Positions 1 through 8,690 are shown, counted from the first letter of the stretch. The stretch is DNA of 64,000 nt from Clostridia bacterium (GCA_017501645.1 JAFVWN010000065.1:17240-81239), one strand, 5' to 3'. Translations and numbers: made by a program. The notes: generated from the letters alone by a model not told the origin.

Positions 1-1
1 T

Positions 2-352
2 ATGCAACAAACAATAACCGCCCTAAAAGAAGCTGAGGAACACAACGGCCCTTCAATTGTTATTGCCTACTGTCCTTGCATTAACCACGGCACAGACCTT
101 TCTAAAACAAATGACCAACAAAAAGATGCTGTTCTTGCAGGTTACTGGAATTTATATAGATACAATCCAAATACAGGACTTACTATTGACCCGCCTGCAC
201 CAAATATGGCATATGTAGACTTCATAAAAACACAATCAAGATACTTTACTCTCGCAAAGAGCAATCCTGAAACAGCAACAAGATTATTTGCCAATGCAGA
301 AAGTTATGCGAAAAACAGATTCAACAAATATGTAAAACTTGCACAAAAATAA
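2..352 (+). CDS. nifJ: Pyruvate:ferredoxin/flavodoxin oxidoreductase, C-terminal fragment (gene begins before window)
   Basis: EAE..GPS.VIAYCPCINHG and AV.AGYW.LYRYNP motifs typical of the PFOR C-terminal TPP domain. Confidence 0.9.
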   Translation: MQQTITALKEAEEHNGPSIVIAYCPCINHGTDLSKTNDQQKDAVLAGYWNLYRYNPNTGLTIDPPAPNMAYVDFIKTQSRYFTLAKSNPETATRLFANAESYAKNRFNKYVKLAQK

Positions 353-387
353 GCAAGAATTTTACAAATAAATAAATTTTACACAAT

Positions 388-418
388 AAAAAGGAACAGT
401 TTTAAACTGTTCCTTTTT
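388..418. terminator. Bidirectional intrinsic terminator
   Basis: aaaaaggaacagttt-t-aaactgttccttttt inverted repeat between convergent nifJ and rplI. Confidence 0.8.
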
Positions 419-427
419 ATATTAAAT

Positions 428-871
428 CTATGCCTTAACAACTGTTAAGTTGATGCTACCGTTTACACCTTTATATAGCTTAACTGGAACTTTGTATTCT
501 CCAGCAACCTTGATTGGTGAAGATAAATCAATTTTCTTCTTATCTATATCATAACCCATTTTTGCAAGTTCTTCTGCAATCTCTTTTGGACCAACAGAGC
601 CAAAAGTTTTACCATTCTCACCCATTTTAACAGCAAGTGTAACCATAATGCTCTCAAGTTTCTTAGCGAGAACTTTTGCAGCTTCTGTTTCTTCTTTAAT
701 TCTTTTTGCTTCAAGAGCTTTTTCTTGAGCATTAATATTCAAGTTTCCAGTGCTTGCAGGTACAGCAAGTTTATTTTTTAGTAAAAAGTTATTTGCATAA
801 CCATCACTAACATTAATAATGTCGCCCTTTCTACCTTGACCTTTAACATCTTTAGATAAAATAACTCTCAT
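428..871 (-). CDS. rplI: 50S ribosomal protein L9
   Basis: [30 protein letters not shown]; GKTFGSV; GGAGG RBS before ATG at 871; TTGACT-17-TATAAT promoter at 931-903. Confidence 0.95.
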   Translation of the reverse strand: MRVILSKDVKGQGRKGDIINVSDGYANNFLLKNKLAVPASTGNLNINAQEKALEAKRIKEETEAAKVLAKKLESIMVTLAVKMGENGKTFGSVGPKEIAEELAKMGYDIDKKKIDLSSPIKVAGEYKVPVKLYKGVNGSINLTVVKA

Positions 872-1046
872 TTTTATAGCCTCCAAAATACTTAGTATCT
901 TTATTATACTAATCAAACCCCATAAAGTCAAACAAAATTAAAACTCACATAAAAAAGACCTAGTTACAAAGATTGTTTGGATTTATTCTAACATTTTTGC
1001 ATAATCATTTTTAATTCTTAATTTTTCATTTATATAATAACTATCA

Positions 1047-1230
1047 ACAATTCATCATTTATCATTCTTCTTTCATCACTGCAAAACTGCCAAGTTTTGG
1101 CTTATACTCTCCCCCTTTGGTGCAAGCACCACCTTTCCCCCGTCCGGGGGCACCAAGATAATTGAAGTTTGTTTTTAATTGTATATTAACATTCCCTAAT
1201 TCATCATTCTTCATTTTTCATTCATCATTG
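1047..1230. repeat. Downstream cassette copy 1: heptamer tandem repeats (TCATTCA/TCATTCT-like) flanking a GC-rich palindromic core (1108-1159)
   Basis: Homologous, in the same orientation, to 63257-63437; core ctccccctttggtg..caccacctttcccccgtccgggg.caccaagat. Confidence 0.85.
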
Positions 1231-1234
1231 TATA

Positions 1235-1262
1235 AAAAAATAGAGGTCACCCTCTATTTTTT
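1235..1262 (-). terminator. Hairpin abutting the stop codon of the DGR-like target gene (terminator, possibly also a DGR homing hairpin)
   Basis: aaaaaatagagg-tcac-cctctatttttt, 4-nt loop. Confidence 0.7.
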
Positions 1263-2742
1263 ATATACTAATTCTTAATGCCGGACGCACGCCGTAATTG
1301 CAGTCCGTGACATAATAAGTGGTGGAGAGGAAGCCACCAGCAGTAACATCGCAGGCAGAAGAAGCCAACGGACCCGCCGAACGGGTCCAGTAATAGCAGG
1401 TTCCTCCACTTGGATGTGTTGCTGTTACATATGAGGTGTTTGTAAACTTATAACAATAATTCCCTAACGTAAAGTCCGTTGGACTACATAGCATTTTTGT
1501 GTTAGTGTTTGTAAATAATCCTGCACTATTATAGTAGTCCCAATATGATAAACAATATATTTTATCTTCGGTTGTAACACCTGTCGTGTTGCTTGTTGCC
1601 GTATCATAATTTCCGGTTATATTATTCCCCACTGTCGTTGTAGATATTAATTCTTGCTCGCCACTTGTAAATGCACTTGTATAGAATGTGCCATTGAGCC
1701 ATGTTCGAAGTTCGCTGTTTATCCATTGATTTGGGTCATCACTGGTTCCCGCTGTTCCGTCTGCATCTGTGTTACTTGTATAAAATCGTATATCCGCTGT
1801 TAGTGCTAAATAACTCATTATTTCAAGTTCGCTATCACTTCCGCTTGTATATGCTTCATAGTTTAAGATTATCCACCTTATTGGTTCTACTTTGAACCAT
1901 GTATATTCTGTTGTACTAGATGACCCCACAGTTTCCCCGTTTAAATATGTGTAACTGCTACTATACACATATCTATTTCCTCTTGCATATATGTTTCCAT
2001 CTGTATACTGATATGCTTGCCATGTCCTTGTTCTTACTGTATATGTATTCACTGCTGTTGGACTATTACTATTATACCAACTCTCTAAGGTTGTATTCAT
2101 GCTTGAACCAACATATGTTTGCGGATAGTTTCCAAAATCCACATAGTACATATTCAATCCAGCACTTGGATTTCCCACAGCAATAGTGTCCGTTGATATT
2201 GACACATTTGTTACTATCTCTACACTATTCTCATCTATTACTGTATCTGCACTTATATTTACTATTGCTCCTTCTTCTGCATAAATTGATGGACCATAAT
2301 TTGCAGTGTTTCCTGTTATTGTCCCTGCATTTATATTACAAGTTCCTCCAGATGACACATATATTGCTCCTCCATAAGTTGCACTACAACCTGTTAGTGT
2401 TCCTCCTTCCATTGTAAAAGTCGCTCCCTCACTTATAAAGATTGCTCCTCCATATGTGTTTGTATGGTTTTGTATTGTTCCTCCAATCATTATAAATGTT
2501 GAGTCTGGCTCAAGAAACACTGCTCCGCCTTTATAACTTGTGCTTTGTCCTTGTGCAGGAGATGTTTCATCTGCCATTGCAAAATAATTTGCTTCATATC
2601 TTGTTTTATTGACTGGAACCTTTTCTTTTTCTACTTTTTCAGTTTTATTACCGTTTGAAATCATAAGAAAAGACATACATAAACTTGTTATGCACATTAT
2701 TGGTAATATTATTGTTAATAATATCTTAAATCTTTTCTTCAT
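1261..2742 (-). CDS. Secreted/membrane-anchored surface protein: GGA(I/V)-repeat beta-helix-like stalk plus C-terminal DUF6273-like (C-type-lectin-like) domain; probable DGR target
   Basis: N-terminal signal/TM segment; GGAVF/GGAIF/GGAIY repeats; VEPIRW, SELRTWLN..FY..AF, EDKIYCLS, YWTRSA...GVRPALRI motifs. Confidence 0.8.
   Translation of the reverse strand: MKKRFKILLTIILPIMCITSLCMSFLMISNGNKTEKVEKEKVPVNKTRYEANYFAMADETSPAQGQSTSYKGGAVFLEPDSTFIMIGGTIQNHTNTYGGAIFISEGATFTMEGGTLTGCSATYGGAIYVSSGGTCNINAGTITGNTANYGPSIYAEEGAIVNISADTVIDENSVEIVTNVSISTDTIAVGNPSAGLNMYYVDFGNYPQTYVGSSMNTTLESWYNSNSPTAVNTYTVRTRTWQAYQYTDGNIYARGNRYVYSSSYTYLNGETVGSSSTTEYTWFKVEPIRWIILNYEAYTSGSDSELEIMSYLALTADIRFYTSNTDADGTAGTSDDPNQWINSELRTWLNGTFYTSAFTSGEQELISTTTVGNNITGNYDTATSNTTGVTTEDKIYCLSYWDYYNSAGLFTNTNTKMLCSPTDFTLGNYCYKFTNTSYVTATHPSGGTCYYWTRSAGPLASSACDVTAGGFLSTTYYVTDCNYGVRPALRISI
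1279..1395 (-). other. Putative DGR variable region VR1
   Basis: Versus 63560-63676: no indels, 33 mismatches in 117 nt, 29 at codon positions 1-2 with third base conserved. Confidence 0.8.
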
Positions 2743-2806
2743 TCTCGCCCCCTATTAAATGGCTCAATGTAATTGGAATTAGTTTTTACATTTATGCAAT
2801 AAATAT

Positions 2807-2915
2807 CCGCAATTCATCATTTATCATTCTTCATTCATCACTGTTTTTAAACCCTTCGGGTTTTGTTCCTGCGGAAAGCGAAAACAAGTTTCGCCTTCAT
2901 TCTTCATTCATCATT
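2807..2915. repeat. Triple-hairpin element (2849-2894) flanked by heptamer repeats, in the presumptive 5' leader of 1261-2742
   Basis: aaaccc-ttc-gggttt / ttcc-tgc-ggaa / gcgaaa-acaag-tttcgc; close homolog at 63400-63510. Confidence 0.85.
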
Positions 2916-2955
2916 AAAAAAACAAATTATTTTTGCTTTCTCTCTTCCTGATACT

Positions 2956-2987
2956 AGTCTACCCCCCCCCCCCCGATTTTTTGTCAA
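2956..2987 (-). promoter_or_regulatory. sigmaA-type promoter with G13 tract in the spacer (candidate phase-variable promoter)
   Basis: Minus strand TTGACA-aaaaatc-G13-TAGACT; spacer 20 nt. Confidence 0.75.
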
Positions 2988-3065
2988 GCAATTTAAGTTC
3001 TTATTTCAAAAATATTGAATAAAAACATTATGTTTTTTACAAACTATCATAAAAAGGAGATAATT

Positions 3066-3353
3066 ATGTTTGATTTAAAATGTAAAAGACAAGGTTGTAA
3101 ATTCAATCAAAATTGTAACTGCACAGCACACAATGTAAAAGTTGACAACACCACTAAATGTGAAACCTATGAAGACAGTAAAAATCCACAAATGCAACAA
3201 GATAAAATACCTCAACCACCAACAAGAAAAAACATCTGTGTTTCTTGTGATGCAAAATGTCTTTTTAATCAAGACCACACCTGCAAAGCCAATGGAATTA
3301 CAGTAATAACAAATGACTTTGCCCCTGAATGCTGTACATTTCTACCAAAATAA
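3066..3353 (+). CDS. Small Cys-rich protein with two DUF1540-like repeats
   Basis: Two C..(x)C.FN...C.A..(I/V).V......C.T(Y/F) units; AAGGAG RBS. Confidence 0.7.
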   Translation: MFDLKCKRQGCKFNQNCNCTAHNVKVDNTTKCETYEDSKNPQMQQDKIPQPPTRKNICVSCDAKCLFNQDHTCKANGITVITNDFAPECCTFLPK

Positions 3354-3421
3354 AAAGAGCAATTGCTCTTTTTTTGTTACTTTTTTGTTTAAAAATCAAC
3401 AACATTGTGCAAAAATTATAT

Positions 3422-3649
3422 ATGATAAAATATATTTCTGTAATTGCAAAAATGTCTAGCACTGGAAAAGTTTCACCGCTTTCAATCATTTGGGAAGACG
3501 GCAGAGAATTTTCTATTGATAAAATTATTGATTGTCGTCCTAAAGCATCCACAAAAGGCGGTGGAAAGGGTCTTCGCTATACTGTTAAAATTAAAGGTCA
3601 AGAAAAGTATTTATTCTTGAACGAATACCTTTGGTTTATCGAATTATAG
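3422..3649 (+). CDS. Small conserved protein of the type found next to dinB in Clostridia
   Basis: KY(I/V).V.A.....G...P..I.WEDGR.F.ID.I.D.R..AS.K.GG.G.RY...I.G pattern; convergent with dinB. Confidence 0.65.
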   Translation: MIKYISVIAKMSSTGKVSPLSIIWEDGREFSIDKIIDCRPKASTKGGGKGLRYTVKIKGQEKYLFLNEYLWFIEL

Positions 3650-3730
3650 ACCTTTTTGCTAGTTCCAAACACTAATCTCACATCTTTAATCTTATACAAT
3701 TTCTTTGTCTATTTTTTAATAAATTTATTT

Positions 3731-4987
3731 TTACCAGCTATCAACTTCTCCTCCAGTTTTCTCTTTACTTAAAGCACCTAAATCACCCTTTATATTCATT
3801 TCTGCAAGATGGCTGTCTGTAAGCATAATGCCTTTATTTATAATGGTTCTGCCAAACCTATCTCGCATATGTTCAATTGTTTCTTCAAGCTTGACTAGTT
3901 TGTTTCTTTTTGTATTATCTGTGCAAAAATCAAGTTGTTCTTGGTCTGTGAAATCACTTACAGACACACCGAGTCCTCTTATTAACAAACCTCCCCACGA
4001 AAAATGCTTTTTAAACAACGAAAAAGCCTCATTTGCTATTTCCGTACTAAGACAAGTGGGTCTATCAAACTTTTTAGTCCTCATAACACTATGTAGGTCA
4101 TTTGTAGTTATTGTGAGAGAGACCGTTCTCGCAAACTTAAAACCGTCATTTTTCATTCTCGAACAAACACTTTCGCTTAAAAGAGTTAAAAGAGCATAGA
4201 CATCATCATCTGTTACAATATCCCTATAATAAGTAATGCTATTACCAACAGACTTTATTTCCTCCCTATCCTCATATGCTCTCACAGGGTCTTGGTCTTG
4301 CCCCCTTGCATACGCTTGAAGAACCTCACCCCACTTACCTAGTTTACTCACAAGAATTTTTTTGCTGAATGTTGCAAGTTCACCAATGGTTTTTATTGTA
4401 AGTTTTTCTAATTTCTCTTTCGTTGCTCTTCCAACATATAAAAGGTCACTTGCTGGAAGTCTCCACACCATTTGCTTAAAATTGTCTTTATCAATAATTG
4501 TAACGGCATCCGGCTTTTTTATATCCGAACCAAGTTTTGCAAAAACCTTATTAAAACTTACGCCAATTGAAACGGTAAGTCCAATTTCTTCCTTTACTCT
4601 TTTTCTAATTTCTTCCGCTATAAGATACCCATCACCATTGTGTCTTGGAGAAGTTGTAACATCAAGCCACGCCTCATCAATACCAAAGGGTTCAACTTGG
4701 TCTGTATAATCAAGATATATCTTTCTTACAGCTCTTGAATACTTTAAATACATATCGTGTCTTGCTGGAACACAGACAATCCCAGGACAAAGTTTTTCAG
4801 CTTCAAAAATAGGCATACCTGTTTTAACACCCGCCTTTTTTGCCAGCATATTTTTTGCCAGCACTATACCATGCCTATCCTCTTTCTTCCCACAAACAGC
4901 AACAGCTTTACCCTGAAGCTCTGGGTTTAATAGACACTCAACAGACGCATAAAAATTATTCAAATCCGAATGCAATATTGTTCTCAT
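3731..4987 (-). CDS. dinB: DNA polymerase IV (Y-family)
   Basis: ILHSDLNNFYASVE, GIDEAWLD, SIGVSFNKVFAKLGSD.KKPD. Confidence 0.95.
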   Translation of the reverse strand: MRTILHSDLNNFYASVECLLNPELQGKAVAVCGKKEDRHGIVLAKNMLAKKAGVKTGMPIFEAEKLCPGIVCVPARHDMYLKYSRAVRKIYLDYTDQVEPFGIDEAWLDVTTSPRHNGDGYLIAEEIRKRVKEEIGLTVSIGVSFNKVFAKLGSDIKKPDAVTIIDKDNFKQMVWRLPASDLLYVGRATKEKLEKLTIKTIGELATFSKKILVSKLGKWGEVLQAYARGQDQDPVRAYEDREEIKSVGNSITYYRDIVTDDDVYALLTLLSESVCSRMKNDGFKFARTVSLTITTNDLHSVMRTKKFDRPTCLSTEIANEAFSLFKKHFSWGGLLIRGLGVSVSDFTDQEQLDFCTDNTKRNKLVKLEETIEHMRDRFGRTIINKGIMLTDSHLAEMNIKGDLGALSKEKTGGEVDSW

Positions 4988-4993
4988 AGTTTT

Positions 4994-5022
4994 ATTATAT
5001 ATCAAACAAATGTTCTAAGCAA
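4994..5022 (-). promoter_or_regulatory. dinB promoter with LexA (SOS/Cheo) box in the spacer
   Basis: TTGCTT-17-TATAAT on minus strand; GAAC-ATTT-GTTT at 5015-5004 matches the Firmicute GAAC-N4-GTTC box with one mismatch. Confidence 0.75.
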
Positions 5023-5160
5023 GTGTTTTTTACCATTTTTCATATTTGTTTTTAACAAAAATTCATAAAAAAATTAAAAAAGGTTATTTTTTTAGGCTCA
5101 AAAGATTTTATTTTTCAAAAATACTATGATATAATACTAGTAAATATGGAGGTTTTACTC

Positions 5161-5904
5161 ATGGAACAATATGTTGCAAATTCTTTTGACAAAAACTATG
5201 CAGCCGCTTGGAGTGCTGACCAAGGTGGCTTTTCTTACCAATTGGCACAAAATTTACTTAACTATTTAAGTAGAAATAAAATCGTAGCAAAATCTTGTCT
5301 TGATATTTGCTGTGGTACTGGCGAGTTTTTAAGTTACTTTGCAAAAGCTGGTCTTGCTTGTGCCGGTACTGAAGTTGCTAAGAGTATGGTTGAATATTCT
5401 CTTGCAAAATACCCAAACATTGCTTTTACCCTTGCAAATAAAATTAACGACATCCCTGTAAAAGGCAAATTCGATATTATCACTTGTAACCACGATGTTA
5501 TCAATATGCTTGAAAGATTTAGCGAGTGGGAAGCAATGTTTAAAGAAGTTCACTCTACTCTTAACAAAAATGGTATCTTTATGTTTGACTTCTATACTAA
5601 GAAGAAACTTGAGAACTGGAACGAAGTTGTGTACGAATCAAGTGAAGCTATGGACCATGTTCGCTCTATCAAAAAAGGTATGGATAACAAGTGCGTAATC
5701 GAAGAAATATATTATGTAAAAAATAAAGAAGACCTTTATAATAAAACTTTTGACATTATGGTTGAATCTTATTTTGAAAATGAACAAATTTTTGACGCTC
5801 TTAAAAAAGCCGGTTTCAAAACTATAGAAATTTGTGATTTCTCTCTTGAAAAAACATCTAACTATAATGACAGAAATCGTATCCACATCATTGCTAAAAA
5901 GTAA
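5161..5904 (+). CDS. Class I SAM-dependent methyltransferase
   Basis: CLDICCGTG motif I; FDIITC; L..NGIFMFD. Confidence 0.9.
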   Translation: MEQYVANSFDKNYAAAWSADQGGFSYQLAQNLLNYLSRNKIVAKSCLDICCGTGEFLSYFAKAGLACAGTEVAKSMVEYSLAKYPNIAFTLANKINDIPVKGKFDIITCNHDVINMLERFSEWEAMFKEVHSTLNKNGIFMFDFYTKKKLENWNEVVYESSEAMDHVRSIKKGMDNKCVIEEIYYVKNKEDLYNKTFDIMVESYFENEQIFDALKKAGFKTIEICDFSLEKTSNYNDRNRIHIIAKK

Positions 5905-6052
5905 TTTTTTAAGCCCCTACTTTTGTAGAGGCTTTTTCTTTTCTTCCCCACTTTACTCCACATTAAAAATATATGGTATTGACTTTTTATTCGTTTAGTG
6001 ATACACTATGCAAACTCAAAACAAGAAAACATTTGAGGAGAAAAGGATTATT

Positions 6053-6472
6053 ATGGAATTTGAAAAATATGCCACAGCATTAACCCTTTACAGCAAACAC
6101 ATTGCTCAACACGAAAAAAATTGTCAACAATTAACAACTGCCAAAATTTTCGCAGAGCTTTGTACTCAAAGAGTTTTAAATGCTAAAGGCAGAGAAAAAA
6201 CTAAACAAATAAAAATTGCCAAACAAAAACAAGAACAATACGGAGATGTTGTTGAAAATTATAATTCAACATATGAAAAATGTAGAGGTTGTCTACTTCT
6301 TGCAACTAAATGTGCACCATCTTCAAAAACAAAACAAGATGTTCTTGACACTCTTACATCTTTAGACTCTAAACATTTAAGTTATAGAGATGTTTGTTCT
6401 ATTGTTTCTCGTTTCCTTGAAGCAGATATGGCAAATCTTAAAGAAACTGAAGAAGAACCTGCAAATGCATAA
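6053..6472 (+). CDS. Hypothetical helical protein
   Basis: ORF with purine-rich RBS, upstream TTGACT and downstream hairpin; no recognised motif; start uncertain (6008 possible). Confidence 0.55.
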   Translation: MEFEKYATALTLYSKHIAQHEKNCQQLTTAKIFAELCTQRVLNAKGREKTKQIKIAKQKQEQYGDVVENYNSTYEKCRGCLLLATKCAPSSKTKQDVLDTLTSLDSKHLSYRDVCSIVSRFLEADMANLKETEEEPANA

Positions 6473-6517
6473 AACACAAAAAGACTTTATCTAAATTTGA
6501 TAAAGTCTTTTTTCTTT

Positions 6518-6931
6518 TTAAATATTACAAACATCAATCACTACATCATACAGCTTATCCATAGAATTTTGCAAACTTAAATAAAAGCATCTGCCATCAT
6601 ACTTTTCATTATTTTTTCTAATAAGATTAAAGCCGTGCCAATCTTTTTCAATATTTATCAATAAACTCTCAAAATCCATTGCTTCATAACTATTAACTTC
6701 TTTATAACAAAGTTCAATCCATACCCCACTTTTCATTTCTTCACGAGTTAGATCATCAATACTGACACCAAATGCAGGCATTTCGTGAGAGTTTTGAGTA
6801 ACTTCTCTAAGAGTTTGTATTATCAACTCAAACTTATCATCACCCCTTTGAAAAACAACCTCTCTTCCCTCAACAGTTGCAATAATGTTTTGAACATAAT
6901 CAAAACTATCAATTATTTTTTCAAACTTCAT
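6518..6931 (-). CDS. Conserved hypothetical protein
   Basis: GGAGG RBS before MKFEKII; MPAFGVS and Y.GRCFYL motifs. Confidence 0.6.
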   Translation of the reverse strand: MKFEKIIDSFDYVQNIIATVEGREVVFQRGDDKFELIIQTLREVTQNSHEMPAFGVSIDDLTREEMKSGVWIELCYKEVNSYEAMDFESLLINIEKDWHGFNLIRKNNEKYDGRCFYLSLQNSMDKLYDVVIDVCNI

Positions 6932-7078
6932 AGCCCCTCCAAAATTTAGTAAATATATTAAACTTAGTAAACATTTTAACAACATTATATAATCCCTTAA
7001 CAATATTGTCTTCAAAAAATCAAAAATAATTCATCAATAATAAAATATTATGCAAAAAAAATAGGCGATTGCCTATTT

Positions 7079-7936
7079 TTATCTTTTATCAGCTGTGTAA
7101 CACATACACATATTTCCCGCTCCTCCGTGAGCCCCAACGATAACGCCAAGATAATCAACTATAAATTCAACATCTTTAAATTTTTCGTCTTTACAAATCA
7201 AATCTCTAATAAAATCTGCCTCACTGTAACTATCACCGTGAAGAATGTAAACATACTTGCTTTCAAAATTATAATTTTCTTTAAAAAGCTCAGCCATTCT
7301 AACTAACGCTCTTTTTCTTGAAAACACTTTTTGTTTTTGAACAAATTTACCTTCATTATTTACATAAATAATCGGCTTAATATTTAAAACATTTCCCACA
7401 AGCGCAACAATCTTTGAACATCTACCACTTCTTGCAAGAGTCTTTAAGTCTTCTGGAGAAAAGTTCAAAACAACTCTTTCCTTTAAGTTTTCTGCATACT
7501 CAACAAGTTCTTCAAAAGTTTTGCCCTCTTTCATTTTGTTGTAAACTTCTTTTAGGATAATCGCTTGAGCTCCAGAGCCTGTTAGAGTGTCCACAACATA
7601 CACCCTATTCCCTCCAAGCGCATTTACTTTTTCAGCGGCATCTTTTGCACATTTATTTGTTCCACTTATTGCACCGTCAAATCCAATATGTAAAACATCC
7701 CCATCTTTTACAAGCTCTTTAAAATACTCTTCAAACTCATATTCATTAATCAAACTGGTTTTGAACATATCCCCTTTCTTTATTGCATCATAAAATTGCA
7801 TTAAGGAAATATCTGCAACATCCTCTTTTTTTGTTTCGTTATATAGTTTGAGCGAAATATGTTTTATCCCCTTTTTATCAAGTTCCTCAAGAGGTATATC
7901 ACAAGCGTTTTCTGCAGATAGAATAATGTTTTTCAT
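7079..7936 (-). CDS. DegV family fatty-acid-binding protein
   Basis: ILSAENACD, FKTS, ISGT, VVDT..GS, L.RSGR, LNIKPII, VGAHGG.G. Confidence 0.9.
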   Translation of the reverse strand: MKNIILSAENACDIPLEELDKKGIKHISLKLYNETKKEDVADISLMQFYDAIKKGDMFKTSLINEYEFEEYFKELVKDGDVLHIGFDGAISGTNKCAKDAAEKVNALGGNRVYVVDTLTGSGAQAIILKEVYNKMKEGKTFEELVEYAENLKERVVLNFSPEDLKTLARSGRCSKIVALVGNVLNIKPIIYVNNEGKFVQKQKVFSRKRALVRMAELFKENYNFESKYVYILHGDSYSEADFIRDLICKDEKFKDVEFIVDYLGVIVGAHGGAGNMCMCYTADKR

Positions 7937-8086
7937 AATAACTCCTTAAAAATAAACTAGAATACTACGCAATCTAGTATTAAAAACCATTTTAAACATT
8001 TGTTAATGTTCTGTCAATCAATATATAAAAAAAATTGCAAAACTAAAAACTATATGATAAAATATTATTAATAGGAAACATTTTTT

Positions 8087-8611
8087 ATGAATAATGAAAC
8101 TTATAAAAATTTATTAAAAAACTACAAACTTCCTCGCATAAGTGAAATTCCCGACCTAGAACTTTATATGGACCAAGTTCTAATTTATGTCAAGAAGTAT
8201 TTTTCCGTATTCCCTTACGAATCAGAAAGTAGCTTTATTACACCATCTATGATAAACAACTATGTCAAAAGCGGACTTATGCCGGCCCCTATCGGCAAAA
8301 AATACACCAGAAGACATATTGCATACATTTTATCCATCTTCTTTTTAAAACAAATATTTTCGCTTGAAGAAGTCAAGATTTTTATGGCTATTGAGATAAA
8401 AAACAGCAATGAAAAAAGTGCATATGAACACTTTTGTGACAATCTCGAACAAGAACTTAATAATTGTGTTTTTAAAGATAATCCAATAAAAAAAGCTGTT
8501 GAAAGTGAAACAAACTCAACCCTTCACCACGCCGCATTATCTATTGCAAATAAACTATATGCTCAATCACTAATAAAACTTCAATTAAAATCAAAAATTA
8601 ATAAGCAATAA
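8087..8611 (+). CDS. DUF1836 family putative regulator
   Basis: LP...EIPDLELYMDQV, IT.SMINNYVK, P..KKY.R.HIA; divergent from degV. Confidence 0.85.
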   Translation: MNNETYKNLLKNYKLPRISEIPDLELYMDQVLIYVKKYFSVFPYESESSFITPSMINNYVKSGLMPAPIGKKYTRRHIAYILSIFFLKQIFSLEEVKIFMAIEIKNSNEKSAYEHFCDNLEQELNNCVFKDNPIKKAVESETNSTLHHAALSIANKLYAQSLIKLQLKSKINKQ

Positions 8612-8690
8612 AAAAACTATTAGAACCACTCTAATAGTTTTTTATTTGTAATTTTTATTATTATTTATTATCTTTTTTACATCTTAGTTA

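Noticed and set aside
2807-2915. Heptamer/hairpin arrays as a CRISPR array
   Set aside because: No constant 25-40-nt repeats with unique spacers and no cas genes
2743-2950. Known riboswitch or T-box in the long leader
   Set aside because: No recognisable consensus, and the same element also occurs 3' of a terminator at 63.4 kb
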